DNA from: Eledone cirrhosa
Lineage: Eukaryota
Direction: 5' to 3'
Length of the DNA stretch: 64,000 bases
NCBI GenBank assembly: GCA_964016885.1
Contig: OZ024754.1
Coordinates: forward strand, 33,728,001-33,792,000
The position numbers and the translations under genes were made by a program. The notes below the pieces were generated by a model. It did no database searches, was not told where the DNA came from, and saw only the letters and a program-made list of their open reading frames with translations. Numbering within the stretch: position 1 is the stretch's first letter; every line of letters begins with the position of its first letter. Shown piece by piece: positions 1-12,536 of the stretch.

Positions 1-35
1 AATAGTAAATATAGAGTAATGTAAATGCTAAAGGG
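1..35 (+). mobile_element. 3' end of piggyBac-like MITE, cut by the window edge
   Basis: ...GTAAATGCTAAAGGG followed by TTAA, the same end as the full copies at 17565 and 37190. Confidence 0.8.
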
Positions 36-212
36 TTAATACTGGAAATTTCCACAACAATCTGTCCACTAGTAAAGATACTTGTGTTCTCTTACAAACA
101 TATACACATACACACTGTCAATCTCCCTCAGTTAAATATTTTTACATTCCTTTGTTATTAAAAATATTTAATGTGAAACTAATTTGTGACATTTCTTCAT
201 ATTTATATTCAG

Positions 213-254
213 AAAAATCAAAGTGGAGTGTTACGACTGGGACAGAGATGGAGG
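213..254 (+). CDS. Copine (CPNE5/8/9-like) coding exon a, C2B domain; gene continues upstream of the window
   Basis: ttcAG acceptor (211-212), GTGAGT donor (255). Reads (R)KIKVECYDWDRDGG, matching the copine C2B motif I.VEVYDWDRDG. Confidence 0.93.
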
Positions 255-275
255 GTGAGTATCATACATTCTTCT

Positions 276-642
276 GCAATCAGTAAAGTAATCCGTGATA
301 CATTAAAAAAAGACGATATTATACATAAACTGCATTAGGAGAAAATTAGCGACAGAAATATAAACCCTATATAACAATGCAAATATATGAACGTTTATAT
401 AAATGATATAATAAGTGTTACGATATAACGGACGCTAACCGGAAGTGTTGACATTTGAAAATTTTAAAGAAGTGAATCTTGAAATAAGCAATAAAATATA
501 TTTATATTTAATCAAGATTTACGAAATTTAGTACATAAATTATGTAATATTCATTCATTATTTATTCAAAGTAATCCAACTTATTTTACAAATGGAATTA
601 AAAAAATATATTCAGAATGTAGTCCCGCATTCCTCCCTTTAT
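276..642 (-). mobile_element. Truncated copy of the Helitron at 46670-47152
   Basis: Collinear similarity to 46833-47142 (gatacattaaaaaa..gctaaccggaagtgttga..gtaatccaactta..gtcccgca). Confidence 0.75.
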
Positions 643-826
643 TGGCAGTATCGGTAGAGGGTCGGACGCCATGCTTTCCAGCATAGTTACGTCCCTTTAT
701 GATCTGAGTTCAAATCTTGCCGAGGTTGACTTTGCCTTTCATCCTTACGGGTTCGATAAAATAAAGTACCAGTAATGCTCTGGGTAATTGCTGGCCCTGT
801 GCCTAAAGTAGAAACAATTATATTAT
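641..826 (+). mobile_element. tRNA-derived SINE family A
   Basis: A-box-like TGGCAGTATCGG, B-box GAGTTCAAATC, core GCCTTTCATCCTTACGGG.TCGATAAAATAAAGTACCAG, (ATT)n tail. Many full and partial copies in the window. Confidence 0.85.
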
Positions 827-861
827 GATTGATGCACTGATATGCTTTGTATCTTTTCTAG

Positions 862-937
862 GCATGATTTTATTGGGGAATTTACCACAAATTTAAGAAC
901 TTTGCTGAAAGGTGCAGCTCCAGACAACAGATATGAA
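862..937 (+). CDS. Copine exon b (C2B)
   Basis: ttctAG/GTATGT; phase 2 to 0; (G)HDFIGEFTTNLRTLLKGAAPDNRYE matches copine HDFIGEFTT. Confidence 0.95.
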
Positions 938-1218
938 GTATGTATTATAGAAATATTCTATATTTTCATTTATATAACTTTAATCCTTTCAATAGTGGTG
1001 CCATCTGGCCTAGTGGTAAGTGTTTTGGACTTACAATCATGATGTCATGGGTTCGATTCCTGGACTGGGATAAAATAAACTACCAATAACGCACTGGAGT
1101 CGACCTTCCCCTCACCTCAAAATTGTTGGCCTTGTGCCTAAATCAGAAATAATTATTATAACATTACCCTTCTTAATATAAATAACATTCTACATATTAA
1201 TGATTTATCAACAGTTTG

Positions 1219-1500
1219 TGGAGGCACGTGGCCTATTGCTAAGGATGTTGGACTTACAATCATAACATCGTGGGTTTGATTCCTGTGTTGTGTTCTTGAG
1301 CAAAACACTTTATTTCACATTGCTCCAGTATACTCAGCTGAAAATGAGTACCAGTAATAGTTGGGGATTTAACCCTGCGATGGACTGGCATCCTGTCCAG
1401 TGGGGAGTCTTGTACTCTCAGTCAATTCACGCCATGAAACCGGGATAACCACCGGCCAAATGACCCTTCTGGCTTGAGACAGACTTTAGACTTTTAGACA
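1219..1500 (+). mobile_element. tRNA-derived CORE-like SINE with a distinct 3' module
   Basis: Head GGAGGCACGTGGCC..GGTTTGATTCC, core CTTGAGCAAAACACTTTATTTCACATTGCTCCAG, then AACCCTGCGATGGACTGGCATCCTGTCCAG. Confidence 0.7.
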
Positions 1501-1599
1501 ACGCTGTTTACATACCATTACCAATATCATCATTAGATATTATTATTATAACATTGCCCTTCATGAGCTCCAACTGTCCACATACCATTACCAATATCG

Positions 1600-1885
1600 T
1601 CATCATCATCATCATCATCATTTTACATCCACTTTTCCCTGCTTGCAAAGGTGGGATGGGTCCAATTCAGCATCTCTCCTTCGTCATTTCCTCCGTGAGA
1701 TTCAGCGATCTGAAGTCAGCTCTCACCACCTCCGCCCATGATTTTCGTGGTCTTCCTCTACCATGTCTTCCTTCTACTGGGATTTCTTGGCACTTCTTTA
1801 CCCAGCGGTCATCCTCTATGCACATCACATGTCCATACCATCGCAGTCTTCTCTCCGACACACTACAGCTTATCCCTCTTATACA
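1600..1885 (-). mobile_element. RTE-clade LINE 3' fragment
   Basis: ERRLRWYGHVMCIEDDRWVKKCQEIPVEGRHGRGRPRKSW is a typical RTE C-terminus; (GAT)n tail. Confidence 0.85.
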
Positions 1886-3075
1886 TAGTTTCTCTCTAGA
1901 TATTATTATAACATTGCCCTTCTTGAGCTCCAACTGACCACATACCATTACCAATATCGTCACTATATATCATTATTATAACATTGCCCTTTTTACTATA
2001 AATAACATTCTTTATATTAGTGAATTATCAATACTAGCTGTCCACCATAACCAATATCAGTATATGATTATATCTGAGGGATGAGGTAATAACTACACAC
2101 ATTTTCCAGATGATCTTAATTGTTGACTTTCATTGATCTTTTGAAATGTCACACCAAACATTTGTTACTCTTGTTGGTATTCTAATTTTATCGCTTCAAA
2201 AATCAATAATCAATCAGATCAATAACTGTTATAATTGATATGATTTGAATTTTTAATCCCAAGGAAACAATTTAGAATCTGAGAAGCTAATAATGATCAG
2301 TCTGCCAACACAAAAAAAATCAAACAAAAAATAACCGTTAATGAAATACCCCACACACTCCCATGTCCACCCATCCACCCCTCACCTCCCCCAAAAAATA
2401 ACAGAATTGTTAAAATGGCAGACAAATTGAATTTGCTGTTGCTTATGTGGTGAATGGCTGATGGTAATCATGTGATTTGTGTGAGTGTGTGTCAGTGAAA
2501 TATATATATATACACCAGATCCGAACACAAAGGAACCAAACTCCCAGTGTCACTGCCTCAATCTTTCCTGCTCTACCCATCTCTTACTATTATGAGCAAA
2601 TGGGGACTTTGTGCTGGTCGCCCCATGGCCCCGGTGGACTAGCTCCCCCAATAACCCTGGCAGACAGAATAGAGGAGGCGTTTCCCCAGAGGTTGGAGAG
2701 GGAGATGCGCTGTTGTTTGTGGTATTCAGTAACATCCATTTATGTTTTGAGTTCAACTTTAACCTTTCATTGATAGATGGAAGAATATATTCATGTAAGT
2801 GGTGAATGGCAGGATTGGTTAAAAATTAGGTGAAATATTTCTTTTGAATGAAACAGTTATAGTCCCGTCAAAGCCATTTCTATATTAAACTTGAGGTTTA
2901 CACTCTACTAATGTATTGAGTACCTTACTAACTGTGGTTACATCTAATTGAACCCGGGACTCAAATATATATATGTATATCAACATATTTCAAATGGTCT
3001 TTGATAATTTATAGAACCCAGACATTATTTGAAGAGTCTTTCTATAATTCCAACACAATACTTTATTATTATTAT

Positions 3076-3263
3076 GGATTGGCAGTATTGGTAGAGGGTC
3101 GGACGCCATGCTTTGACATATAGAGTTACGGCTCTTGCCATTCTGAGTTCAAATCCCGCCGAGGTTAACTTTGCCTTTCATCCTTACGGGGTCGATAAAA
3201 TAAAGTACCAGTAATGCACTGGGTAATTGCTGGCCTTGTGCCTAACGTAGAAACAATTATTAT
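3076..3263 (+). mobile_element. SINE family A
   Basis: Same head, core and tail as 641-826. Confidence 0.85.
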
Positions 3264-3740
3264 TCACTCACTTACCCCTGAGAGGGTTGTGGGGACAGAA
3301 ACCTCAAACATGTCTTCTAGAAGATCCTATCAGAAACAGTTGTTTCCTAATGACCCAACTGTATTCCCTTAGGAGACCAACCAAGCTTATGTATGTTATC
3401 CAACCATCATTCTCACAGTCAACTTCTGAAGTCCTGCAGGTTGGCTATGCTCATAAAATTAGTCCTGAAATTCTTTCCTTAGACATTCTAACCACATGTC
3501 CATAGTACAAGAGCTGGGATCTCTCAATGCAGAGAAGCTGCAGCTCTACCTGGAGAGACTCCCTAATCTCTGAGCTACACAACCTATAGAGTAATGTTAC
3601 TTCAAAGACCATTTGGGAAGCGGGGACGCTCTTTCAGCTGCTTCTATTTCCAATTGAATATATTTTATGGAATTTTTTGATTTATTGTTTAAAATAATGA
3701 AATAAAAACTTCAATTTATTTCTTCTTGCTATTTTGCCAG

Positions 3741-3794
3741 ACCATAAATCCAAAGAAACAAGCCAAGAAGAAGAATTATAAAAATTCTGGAGAG
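3741..3794 (+). CDS. Copine exon c (lysine-rich loop), 54 nt, phase 0-0
   Basis: gccAG/GTAAGT; TINPKKQAKKKNYKNSGE matches copine NPKK..KKK.Y.NSG. Confidence 0.95.
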
Positions 3795-4435
3795 GTAAGT
3801 TATTCCTAATCTGCAATTTTTCCATAAAGTGATGCTAGAAACATGAAGACCATTCTCCTCAATAACTAACAATTAATCAACCGTGACAATATTCTAGATC
3901 ACAAACATACATACTAATCTTTGACCTATACCTGATCTAAAAATGTACTTTAGTCAAACACAGACAATTACCATATTAGTTCACCATCACTTTAGTCAAA
4001 AAGACAACCAGCCACACTACTCCACCATCGCTTTAGTCAAAAAGACAACCAACCACACTACCCCACCATCACCATTTGTATTACTATCTCCTAGACCTAA
4101 TGATTAATTGATTAATTTAGTTAGACAATTCTATTGATTGGTTAATTATTTATGTTTGTTTAATAACGATCTGGTTAAGTGCTAAATTCAGTTTGTGTAC
4201 GGAACCATTGCTCATAATTTGAATTTGACCGCCAAAAACCAGGTGCTAGCTTCCTTTGGAAAAACATGTGCTCTCACAACCGGCCTTGCATACATCGCAA
4301 GCGGATTTTGTAGATTTTGGATTTACAGAAACCTAACTGAGATATTTCAAAATATTGAAGTGATGGTCCAGGTTTGTTATATATATATATGTATATATAT
4401 GTATATATGTATATATATATATATGTATACATGTA

Positions 4436-4708
4436 TCTCAGACCGGGTGATGTGTGGTTTCCTTGAGCAAGACACTTTATTTCACATTGCTCCAGTTTAC
4501 TCAGCTGTAGAAATGAGATGATAGGGACTGGGGTCCATATCACTCCACTGAAAAGTGGTCGTGGAGGTGCCACGGCAAAAAAGCACCCAGCACTCACTGT
4601 AAATGAGGTTGGTGTTAGGAAGGGCATCCAGCTGTAGAAATCAAGCCAGAATCAGTTCCCGCCCCACCCTTGCAAGCAGGGAAAAAGCGGACGTAAAATG
4701 ATGATGAT
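4436..4708 (+). mobile_element. 5'-truncated CORE-like SINE with RTE-derived tail (family B)
   Basis: Near-identical to 25255-25538; ends CCCTTGCAAGCAGGGAAAAAGCGGACGTAAAATGATGATG. Confidence 0.8.
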
Positions 4709-4951
4709 ATATATATGTATGTATTTTTTCTCGCGAGTCAGTTCTTTCGTTGCTACGGACCCCGCGGCTGAATTACCACTCGCTATCTTCAATTTGTAAA
4801 GCCTTTTAAATGGTATGTTATTACTCTAAGGTTTTATACCTTATCAAGTGCTTGGCTGCACTTCTGATTGCATTCGTCGGCTTAGCTGCGGCTCGAGCTT
4901 CGAATATGCTGTACTTCCATTTGTGTATATATACATATATATATACATATA

Positions 4952-5211
4952 TGGACATGTGATGCGCATGGAGGATGACCGATGGGTGAAGAAGTGCCAG
5001 GAAATGCCAGTTGAAGGAAGACGTGGTAGAGGTAGACCACGAAAAACATGGGCGGAGGTGGTGAGAACAGACCTCAGATCATTGAAGCTCACGGTGGAGA
5101 TGACGAGGGACCGTGACGAGTGGAGAGATGCTGTGCTGAATAAGACCCGTCCCACCCTTGCAAGCAGGGAAAAGCGGACGTAAAATGATGATGATGATGA
5201 TGATGATGATG

Positions 5212-5212
<1 letters not shown>
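4952..5212 (+). mobile_element. RTE LINE 3' fragment, inverted relative to 1600-1885
   Basis: GHVMRMEDDRWVKKCQEMPVEGRRGRGRPRKTWAEVVRTDL; (GAT)n tail. Confidence 0.88.
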
Positions 5213-5263
<51 letters not shown>

Positions 5264-5317
5264 TCATCATCATCATCATCATCAACGTTTAACGTCCGTG
5301 TTCCACGCTTGCATGGG

Positions 5318-5813
5318 TTTATATATAAAGTTGTATTCCTGTCTCTTTATTTGTTTGTTTGTTCACGAACTCCTCCTATGGTTTTGGAGATAGACCCCCA
5401 TAACTATATATATTCTGAAATGACATTGCCCAGGGTACTTGGATAAGTATATTTCATTATAATCAAACGGATCCCAGGGGACACAAAACGCTCGCCGAAA
5501 ATGTTTTCCCTTCGATTTATATGAAACTTAAACCATAGATAAATGACAAGATATGATGCCTATTAACAAAAGTTTTGAATTTATATTTTTAAAAAAATTA
5601 TTTACAAGAAACAAAATAATAAGATTTAATAATGTAATTTTGATTTGATATATTACAAAAAATAATGTTTTCCAATTTTTCATGCATTACATTTTACATT
5701 GAGTAATATTGAAATGCAGAGTTTTTCTCCATAAATTATATCACTGATTTAAAATCTCTCATCATTTTCTTTAAAAATATGTGAAACGCAGCAAGCCGCG
5801 GGTAATCCGGCTA

Positions 5814-5814
<1 letters not shown>
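5318..5814 (+). mobile_element. Non-autonomous Helitron-like element
   Basis: 5' T.TATATATAAAG followed by (GTTT)n; 3' GCAAGCCGCGGGTAATCCGG-CTAG|T with an AGCCG/CGGCT stem; no TSD seen. Confidence 0.65.
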
Positions 5815-5851
<37 letters not shown>

Positions 5852-6438
5852 CATACAAAAGAAAAGGCCAGACTCATGAAACACACATGAAAGTCGTTTA
5901 GATTAAATGATGCCTGTTCTTGAATCTTTTTTTTTTTAAGTAAAGAAAGGCCTTGCACTAGGCCAATCTCACCCTCTGAACAATGGGGACAGGTTTCCAA
6001 ACAAGAACAGGTCAACATCATTGGCTACTATTGAGTTAGAGGTTTTACATCAGAGTTCTCCTTCTCCGAGAATGATGACATACATTACATATAGGATGTG
6101 TCAAATAATGAGATTTCCCATATATCTCTGCCAAATGATTTATTTTCATTTTGAAAATGATATCTATTAATACTCAGTATCTTATCTTTTTATTAGATAA
6201 ATCCTTAAATATACACCAACATTTATATGTATATATATACATATTTCCATAAGTACATACAAACATGCATTCATACATACATACAAACATGCATACATAC
6301 ATACAAACAAACAAACACATATACATACATACACCACCACCATCTCTCCATCTCTCTATAATATCATAGTTAAAACCAATTTAGCTGCAGTGGAATCTTT
6401 TTACAGGAAATCCATTTTACTGTAATATATTTCATTCC

Positions 6439-6486
<48 letters not shown>

Positions 6487-6889
6487 TACTTGTGCATACA
6501 TGTGTGTGTGTGTGTATATAAGCTATAAATATAAAATTTCACTTTTCATTTTATTTCAACAAGAAGATGAAGAAATATATTTTAATCTATTTTACATAGA
6601 AGATATACAAAATATTAATACACAATACATTGCAAATGTAACGTCAATATGACAGAATATATATAAATAACATATACATACCTACTTATACAGATTTAAG
6701 AAGACTTATTCTTTATTTTTTATCACTTTATTTTATATTTAACTTTATACTGTTTTATTCTTTTTAATATATTGTTTATTTTTCTAGTTTTATTTTTCAA
6801 TTTTTTTGTTTGTTTTTCTTTATTGTTTTATTTTTAATCTATTCGTTTTTGTTTGTTTCTTTCTTTCTTTTCATTAATCCAAATCCAAA

Positions 6890-7262
6890 ACCAGGGCCTT
6901 ATTTATCTCTCTTGCTGGAGGAACCATTCCTTGGTTGACCTTCATGACCACTACTACGTCCCCACTTCGTATCTCTGGCCATACTTGACCATCTGGGGTC
7001 GAAGTCTTGTTTCAGATCATAGCACTATCTTGCCTGTTTGTTCACCACCTCCCAGCCCAGTTCCCCCCCCCCCCCCCTCCATTGGTGTCCACTCAGTCGA
7101 TCTGATAGTTTACCTGTTGTCTCTGAAACCAGAGATGTAGCCACTCCATCTATATTTGCCCTTCTTGATGGTCTTCATTATGTCCTTTGCTTCAGTCTGC
7201 TCCTGAATGCAGGTGTTGCTTTTCCCATCACATAAGATTATGCTGAGCATGATTCACTCCAT
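6890..7262 (-). mobile_element. Degraded RTE-like LINE fragment
   Basis: The minus strand reads ..IQEQTEAKDIMKTIKKGKYRWSGYISGFRDNR*TIRSTEWTP, resembling the RTE motif KW.WAGH..R..DNRW....EW.P. Confidence 0.65.
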
Positions 7263-7657
7263 TTTATGTTTAGTCAAGGTGCATGGCTTAGTGGTTAGAG
7301 AATTGGATTCATAATCGTGAGGCTGCAAGTTCGATTCCCAGACCAGGTAATGCATTATATCCTTGAGCAAGACACATTCTTTCATGTTGCTCTTTCTATC
7401 AGGAGTCGCAACCAGTAGATAGTATCTTTACATTCTGAGTTCAAATCCCGCTGAGGTTAACTTTGCTTTTCAACCTTACGGGGTCGATAAAATAAAGTAC
7501 CAGTAATGCACTGGGGGCGATTTAATCAACTTTTCCATCTCTTTCAAATTGCTGGCCTTGTGCCTAAAGTAGAAACAATTATTATTATTATTATTATTAT
7601 TATTGACTTTACTTTGATTTTAAATGATTTTTTTATGTTTTACTATTCATTGTACAG

Positions 7658-7719
7658 GTTCGTCTGATGTTCTGTAAAGTTGAACCAATCTACTCATTCC
7701 TCGATTATATAAAATCAGG
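7658..7719 (+). CDS. Copine exon d (C2B-vWA linker)
   Basis: tacAG/GTAGGT; VRLMFCKVEPIYSFLDYIKSG contains copine SFLDYI. Confidence 0.95.
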
Positions 7720-8164
7720 GTAGGTTTTTCAATATGTTATTATATTTTCATCTCTGAGTGTGAATATATACATCTGTGTATGTGTGTGTGTGTATTTGTG
7801 TGCATGCCTGTGTATGTGATCTACACAATTAAAGTACCCAGTACACGCTGTAAATTAGTTGGTGTTGGGAAGATCATCCAACCATAGAAAGCATTCCAAA
7901 CAAGGGTTTAGGAGGGCCCTCCAGTTTGTGTCAAAAGACATGACAATTTCCCCTCTGTACTCAATATGACCATATGTAAGTGGGGTACTGACCACTTGGT
8001 GAATTTGGAAGGGAGCGGCCCCACTTCAGTACTGATTTGATCTATGTAGATACGTCCAACCCTTGCTAGCAGGGAAAGAGGATGTTAAATGATGATGATG
8101 ATGATGTGTGTACATATATATATATATATATATATAGATAGATAGATAGATATAGATATATATA

Positions 8165-8345
8165 ATATAGAAATGGCTTCTACAGGACTAGAACTGCTTC
8201 ATTCGAAGGAAATCATCATGCTTTCCTGATGATTTCCTTCGAATGAAACAGTTCTAGGCCTGTAGAAGCCATTTCTATATCAAATATTTATACTCTGCTA
8301 TGTATTGAGCACCTTACTGTGGTTACTCCCGATTGAACCCGGGAA
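8165..8345. mobile_element. Fold-back palindrome (8165-8280) plus tail, probable Penelope-like pLTR remnant
   Basis: About 54-bp arms; CTGATGA 8226-8232 and GAAAC 8245-8249. The tail is homologous to 2843-2962. Confidence 0.55.
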
Positions 8346-8364
8346 ACACACATATATATATATA

Positions 8365-9235
8365 CAGGGTGGGGATGATATTTGTTCACAAGATTACTGT
8401 CTAGGAAAAAATAACACAGTAGTTTTATTTTTTAAGATATATTTATCAAACTTGGGTCAGTTTGTCTTCATGACTTGTTCTTTCGATCTCACTCGATAAA
8501 CCCGCCATTGGCTTTGATGACGGCCTCAAGGCGGCCTCAGAACCAGCTACAGGCCTTCGTCACTGTCCCCCGACTTAGGCCCCTAAAGGCACTTGTGATC
8601 CTGGCCTTCAGATCGTCTTTCGTATTGCAGCTAGATCTGTTGGTCTCTCGTTCCACTGCGCCCCACACAAAGAAGTCGAGGGGGTTGCAGTCAGGCGAGC
8701 TTGGAGGCCAGATGTCAGGTGAAGTGTTGTCAATTAAGTTCTCTGACAGCCAGGCTTGCGTCTTTCGGCTGGTATGGCAGGGCGCTGAGTCTTGCTGCCA
8801 CACGTACGGCCTACCTGCAGCTACCTGGTCGATCCAGGGCTTTACTACCTCGCTCAGAACGTGGATGTAGCCATCGGTGTTCAGCTTGAGGCCCTCAGGG
8901 AAGAAGTGAGGTGGCATGATGTCACCTTGACTGCTGACGACACCTAAGACCAATGTTGTCGCTAGAAACTTTGTCTGCATGACTCTGGGTACGTCTTTGG
9001 ATGAGACGAGCCACCTGTTGTTCTGGGAGTTGATCTTCTGGTCCTTATTTGTCCTCCCGGCGCCGATTCCAAGAAGAACTCCGTGTCTCTTCCACAAATT
9101 TGGAGGTTCAAAATTATTCATAATCAATTATTCTGAAAATAAATAATGGAAATATAGTCACTGTTTTTATGAAGACAAAAAAATTTGCATAAAATTAGCA
9201 GTTGAAAATTGCGAACAAATATCATCCACACCCTG
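8365..9235 (-). mobile_element. Internally deleted Tc1/mariner-superfamily transposon, DD37D (maT) family
   Basis: TIRs CAGGGTGGGGATGATATTTGTTC / GAACAAATATCATCCACACCCTG with TA on both sides. ORF 8537-9127 has WQQD(37 aa)D in ..WPPSSPDCNPLDFFVW. Most of the N-terminal HTH region and the first D are missing. Confidence 0.92.
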
Positions 9236-9631
9236 TATATCTATATATATATGCAGACAATAGCGGTGCCCCAACATGGCCTCAGCCAGTTGGCTGGATT
9301 AGGCAATAGATTAAAAAGTATAGATAAGTGTTTGTGTGTGTATGTGTGTGTGGTGTGTGTGTATGTATGGGTGGTGTGTGTGTATGTGTGTATGTATGTG
9401 TGTGGTGTGTGTATGTATATATGTGTGTATGTATGTGTGTATGTGTGTGTGGTGTGTATGTGTGTATGTATGTGTGTATGTGTGTGTGGTGTGTATGTAT
9501 GTGTGTATGTGTGTTGTGTAACACCAGCAGAGTTATTTTAGCATCAGATTAAGTACCCAGTATTTTTTCTGGTTCACTGCATTCTGGGTTCAAATCTCAT
9601 CTAGGTCACCTTTGTTTTCTTTCCTTTAAAA

Positions 9632-10109
9632 CAGTGTTTCTCAACTGGTGTTCCCCAGAATCCTAGGGTTCTGTGAGAGATCGTTAAGCGTTCAAAAAAT
9701 GGTCACCAGGGGTTCTGCGAGAAACAGTGATAAATAAACTAATGCATTTCTGAGTAATTCTTGTTTGATTTTATATATGTAATTTTACTACACACATAAC
9801 TGCATATTGTTGGGAAATTGTTGATCATAATAAAGGCTTCAACCACATATATTACTTTAAACTATTTTGTTACTTATTGCTACGCTGTCAGTAAAATACA
9901 CACACACAGTAAAATACACACACAAACAACCAAAAAAATAACTATATGTATCATAAATACAGATGTAAGTGTGATGGACAAAATGTCATGGTCATTTTTT
10001 GAAGGCTGTATTGCATTATCTGCGTGCGTTATAAGTATGTGATATTAGTTATTTATGTTTATTTTGTGTGTGTATGAAAACCCTCAGTGTGAGGTCTCGT
10101 AAAGGAGCA

Positions 10110-10110
<1 letters not shown>
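9632..10110 (+). mobile_element. hAT (Charlie-like) remnant
   Basis: Starts CAGTGTTTCTCAAC followed by GGGTTCTG subterminal repeats; the other end is unclear. Confidence 0.45.
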
Positions 10111-10140
<30 letters not shown>

Positions 10141-10607
10141 GCATTGCCAATAAATTTGGCAAAAAAAGGGGGTCATTTTTCCTAAAACCGGTTATATGAA
10201 AAAAAAAAAAAGTATGGAATACAGATAATGTTAGTGATAATGGTGATGATAAAAATGATGATAACATTCCCTAAGAAAACCAGATTTGTCACAATCAAAG
10301 AAAACCAAATTCTTTAGATGAAAAGAAAACACAGATTTTTTTTTCTACATGCAAAGAAAGCCGGATTCTTTACATGCAAACAGCCACCTCATTGTTGTGT
10401 GTGTGGGGGGGGGGGGGGGGTGAGTAAAAAGAAAAACATTCTCTTGCAGTGCTATTTGTTAATTTTACATGTATAAATGTTTTTTATGCTTTAGTATATT
10501 ATTTTTACAGTACGACTATCTAAAACAGAATTCTTTTCATCACGACACAATGTCAACTGGTTTTCTCAGAGAGAAGAAATGATGTGATCTTTTGAAATCA
10601 ACCCTAT

Positions 10608-11260
10608 TGTGTGTATGTGTGTATGCGTGTATGTGTGTATGTGCATAGGTGTGTATGTATGTGTGTATGTGCACATGTGTGTATGTACGTATGTATGTGC
10701 ATATGTGTTTATGTGCATATATGTATATGTGTGTACGTGCGTACGTGCATATGTGTGTATGTGCATATGTGTGTATGTGTGTATGAGCATATGTGTGTAT
10801 GTGTATATGTGTGTATGTGCATATGTGCATATGTGGGTATGTGTGTATGTGTGTATGTGCATATGTGGGTATGTGTGTATGTGCATATGTGGGTATGTGT
10901 GTATGTGCATATGTGGGTATGTGTGTATGTGTGTATGAGCATATGTGTGTATGTGTATATGTGTGTATGTGCATATGTGTGTATGAGTGTATGAGCATAT
11001 GTGTGTATGTGTATATGTGTGTATGTGCATATGTGGGTATGTGTGTATGTGTATATGTGGGTATGTGTGTATGTGCATATGTGGGTATGTGTGTACGTAT
11101 GTATGTGCATATGTGTTTATGTGCATATATGTATATGTGTGTACGTGCGTACGTGCATATGTGTTTATGTGCATATGTGTGTATGTGTGTATGAGCATAT
11201 GTGTGTATGTGTATATGTGTGTATGTGTGTATGTGGGTATGTGTGTGTGTGTGTGTGTTT
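10608..11260. repeat. Compound (TG/TA/CA) microsatellite
   Basis: tgtgtatgtgcatatg-type units. Confidence 0.9.
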
Positions 11261-11714
11261 GTTCCTTGTTGTTTTAGCCCTAGGTCAGCTTTTGTCCAGA
11301 TGACCTATGTTCAAATGCTTTCCAACACTAAGCATTCTATCTTTTCATGCATCACTATTTATTTAATTCTACATGCTGGTTATTAAATGTTTTTCTATTC
11401 TTTATGTATGATTTTTACATTATGAATATGAAAAACATCAGAATTCTTTTCAACAAAACACGTCAATTACGTTTCTCAGAAGAAGCAAGATACAATCTTT
11501 TGAGATCAGCCTTAGTGTATTACTATTATTGGTTTTTATTTTATTGGACTCAGAGGGTTAAAAGCAGCAAACGTCAACAATGATATAATGATATGCATTC
11601 GCAACCTTGGGAGATGATATTAAATTTTCTAATGCAATGTCTATTTAGCTTGACATTTTACATTTCTGCTAACTTGGCAGGGTTTTTGTCTGTCTGTGTG
11701 TGTGTGTTTATGTA

Positions 11715-11751
<37 letters not shown>

Positions 11752-12070
11752 GAGTGTGTGTGTGTCTGCACATATGCATGCATACATGTATGCATGTGTG
11801 AAAATCCAATTATTAGCTTTTTGTCTTCTAAGTTAATGTTTGTTTGTTTTTTTCTGCATTGAAACTTAATCTACACTAAGTTTTCCTTCCTTTTCTTGAT
11901 ATTTATTTGTAAAATTATTATTATTATTATTATTATTATTAACGTCCCTTTACGGACTGAGTTCAAATCCTGCCGAGGTTAACTTTGCCTTTCATCCTTA
12001 CGGGGTCGATAAAATAAAGTACCAGTAATGCACTGGGATAATTTCTGGCCTTGTGCCAAAAGTAGAAACA

Positions 12071-12106
<36 letters not shown>

Positions 12107-12536
12107 GGAGTCTCAGTCATTGATGTTATTTAACTGGAAAATGTGTTCATGAAGCCGCTACCTGCAGCTTCAGATATTCAGGACGTACCGGAGGGTTCTT
12201 GCTGTTCCCAGCAAGCATGCTTTTTGAAGTGTTCCAAAAAAGGGGGCTGGACTAATGTTCTTTAACCATCCTTGAAAACTCTTTGAGATAGTACCTAGTG
12301 CTCCTATGACAATCGGGACAACCTTGATCTCATGACAGTCCCAAATCCTTTTTAACTCCCATTTTAAATTCTGGTATTGGTTAATTTTCTCCTTCTCCTT
12401 TTCTTGCACTCTTGTGTGAAAGGGACAGGCTACATCTACAATCAGGCACGATCTTTTTCCTTGTCAAAATCCACCAGCTCAGGCCTATTGTGTTCTAATT
12501 TTTTGTCTGTCTGTATCCTGAAATCCCATAGCACCT
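12107..12536 (-). mobile_element. R4/Dong-clade non-LTR retrotransposon 3' fragment (restriction-like endonuclease)
   Basis: KVLWDFRIQTDKKLEHNRPE...KEKEKINQYQNLKWELKRIW..KVVPIVIGALG..LQKACLLGTARTLR. Both ends sit in (TAA)n, the known Dong target. Confidence 0.8.
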
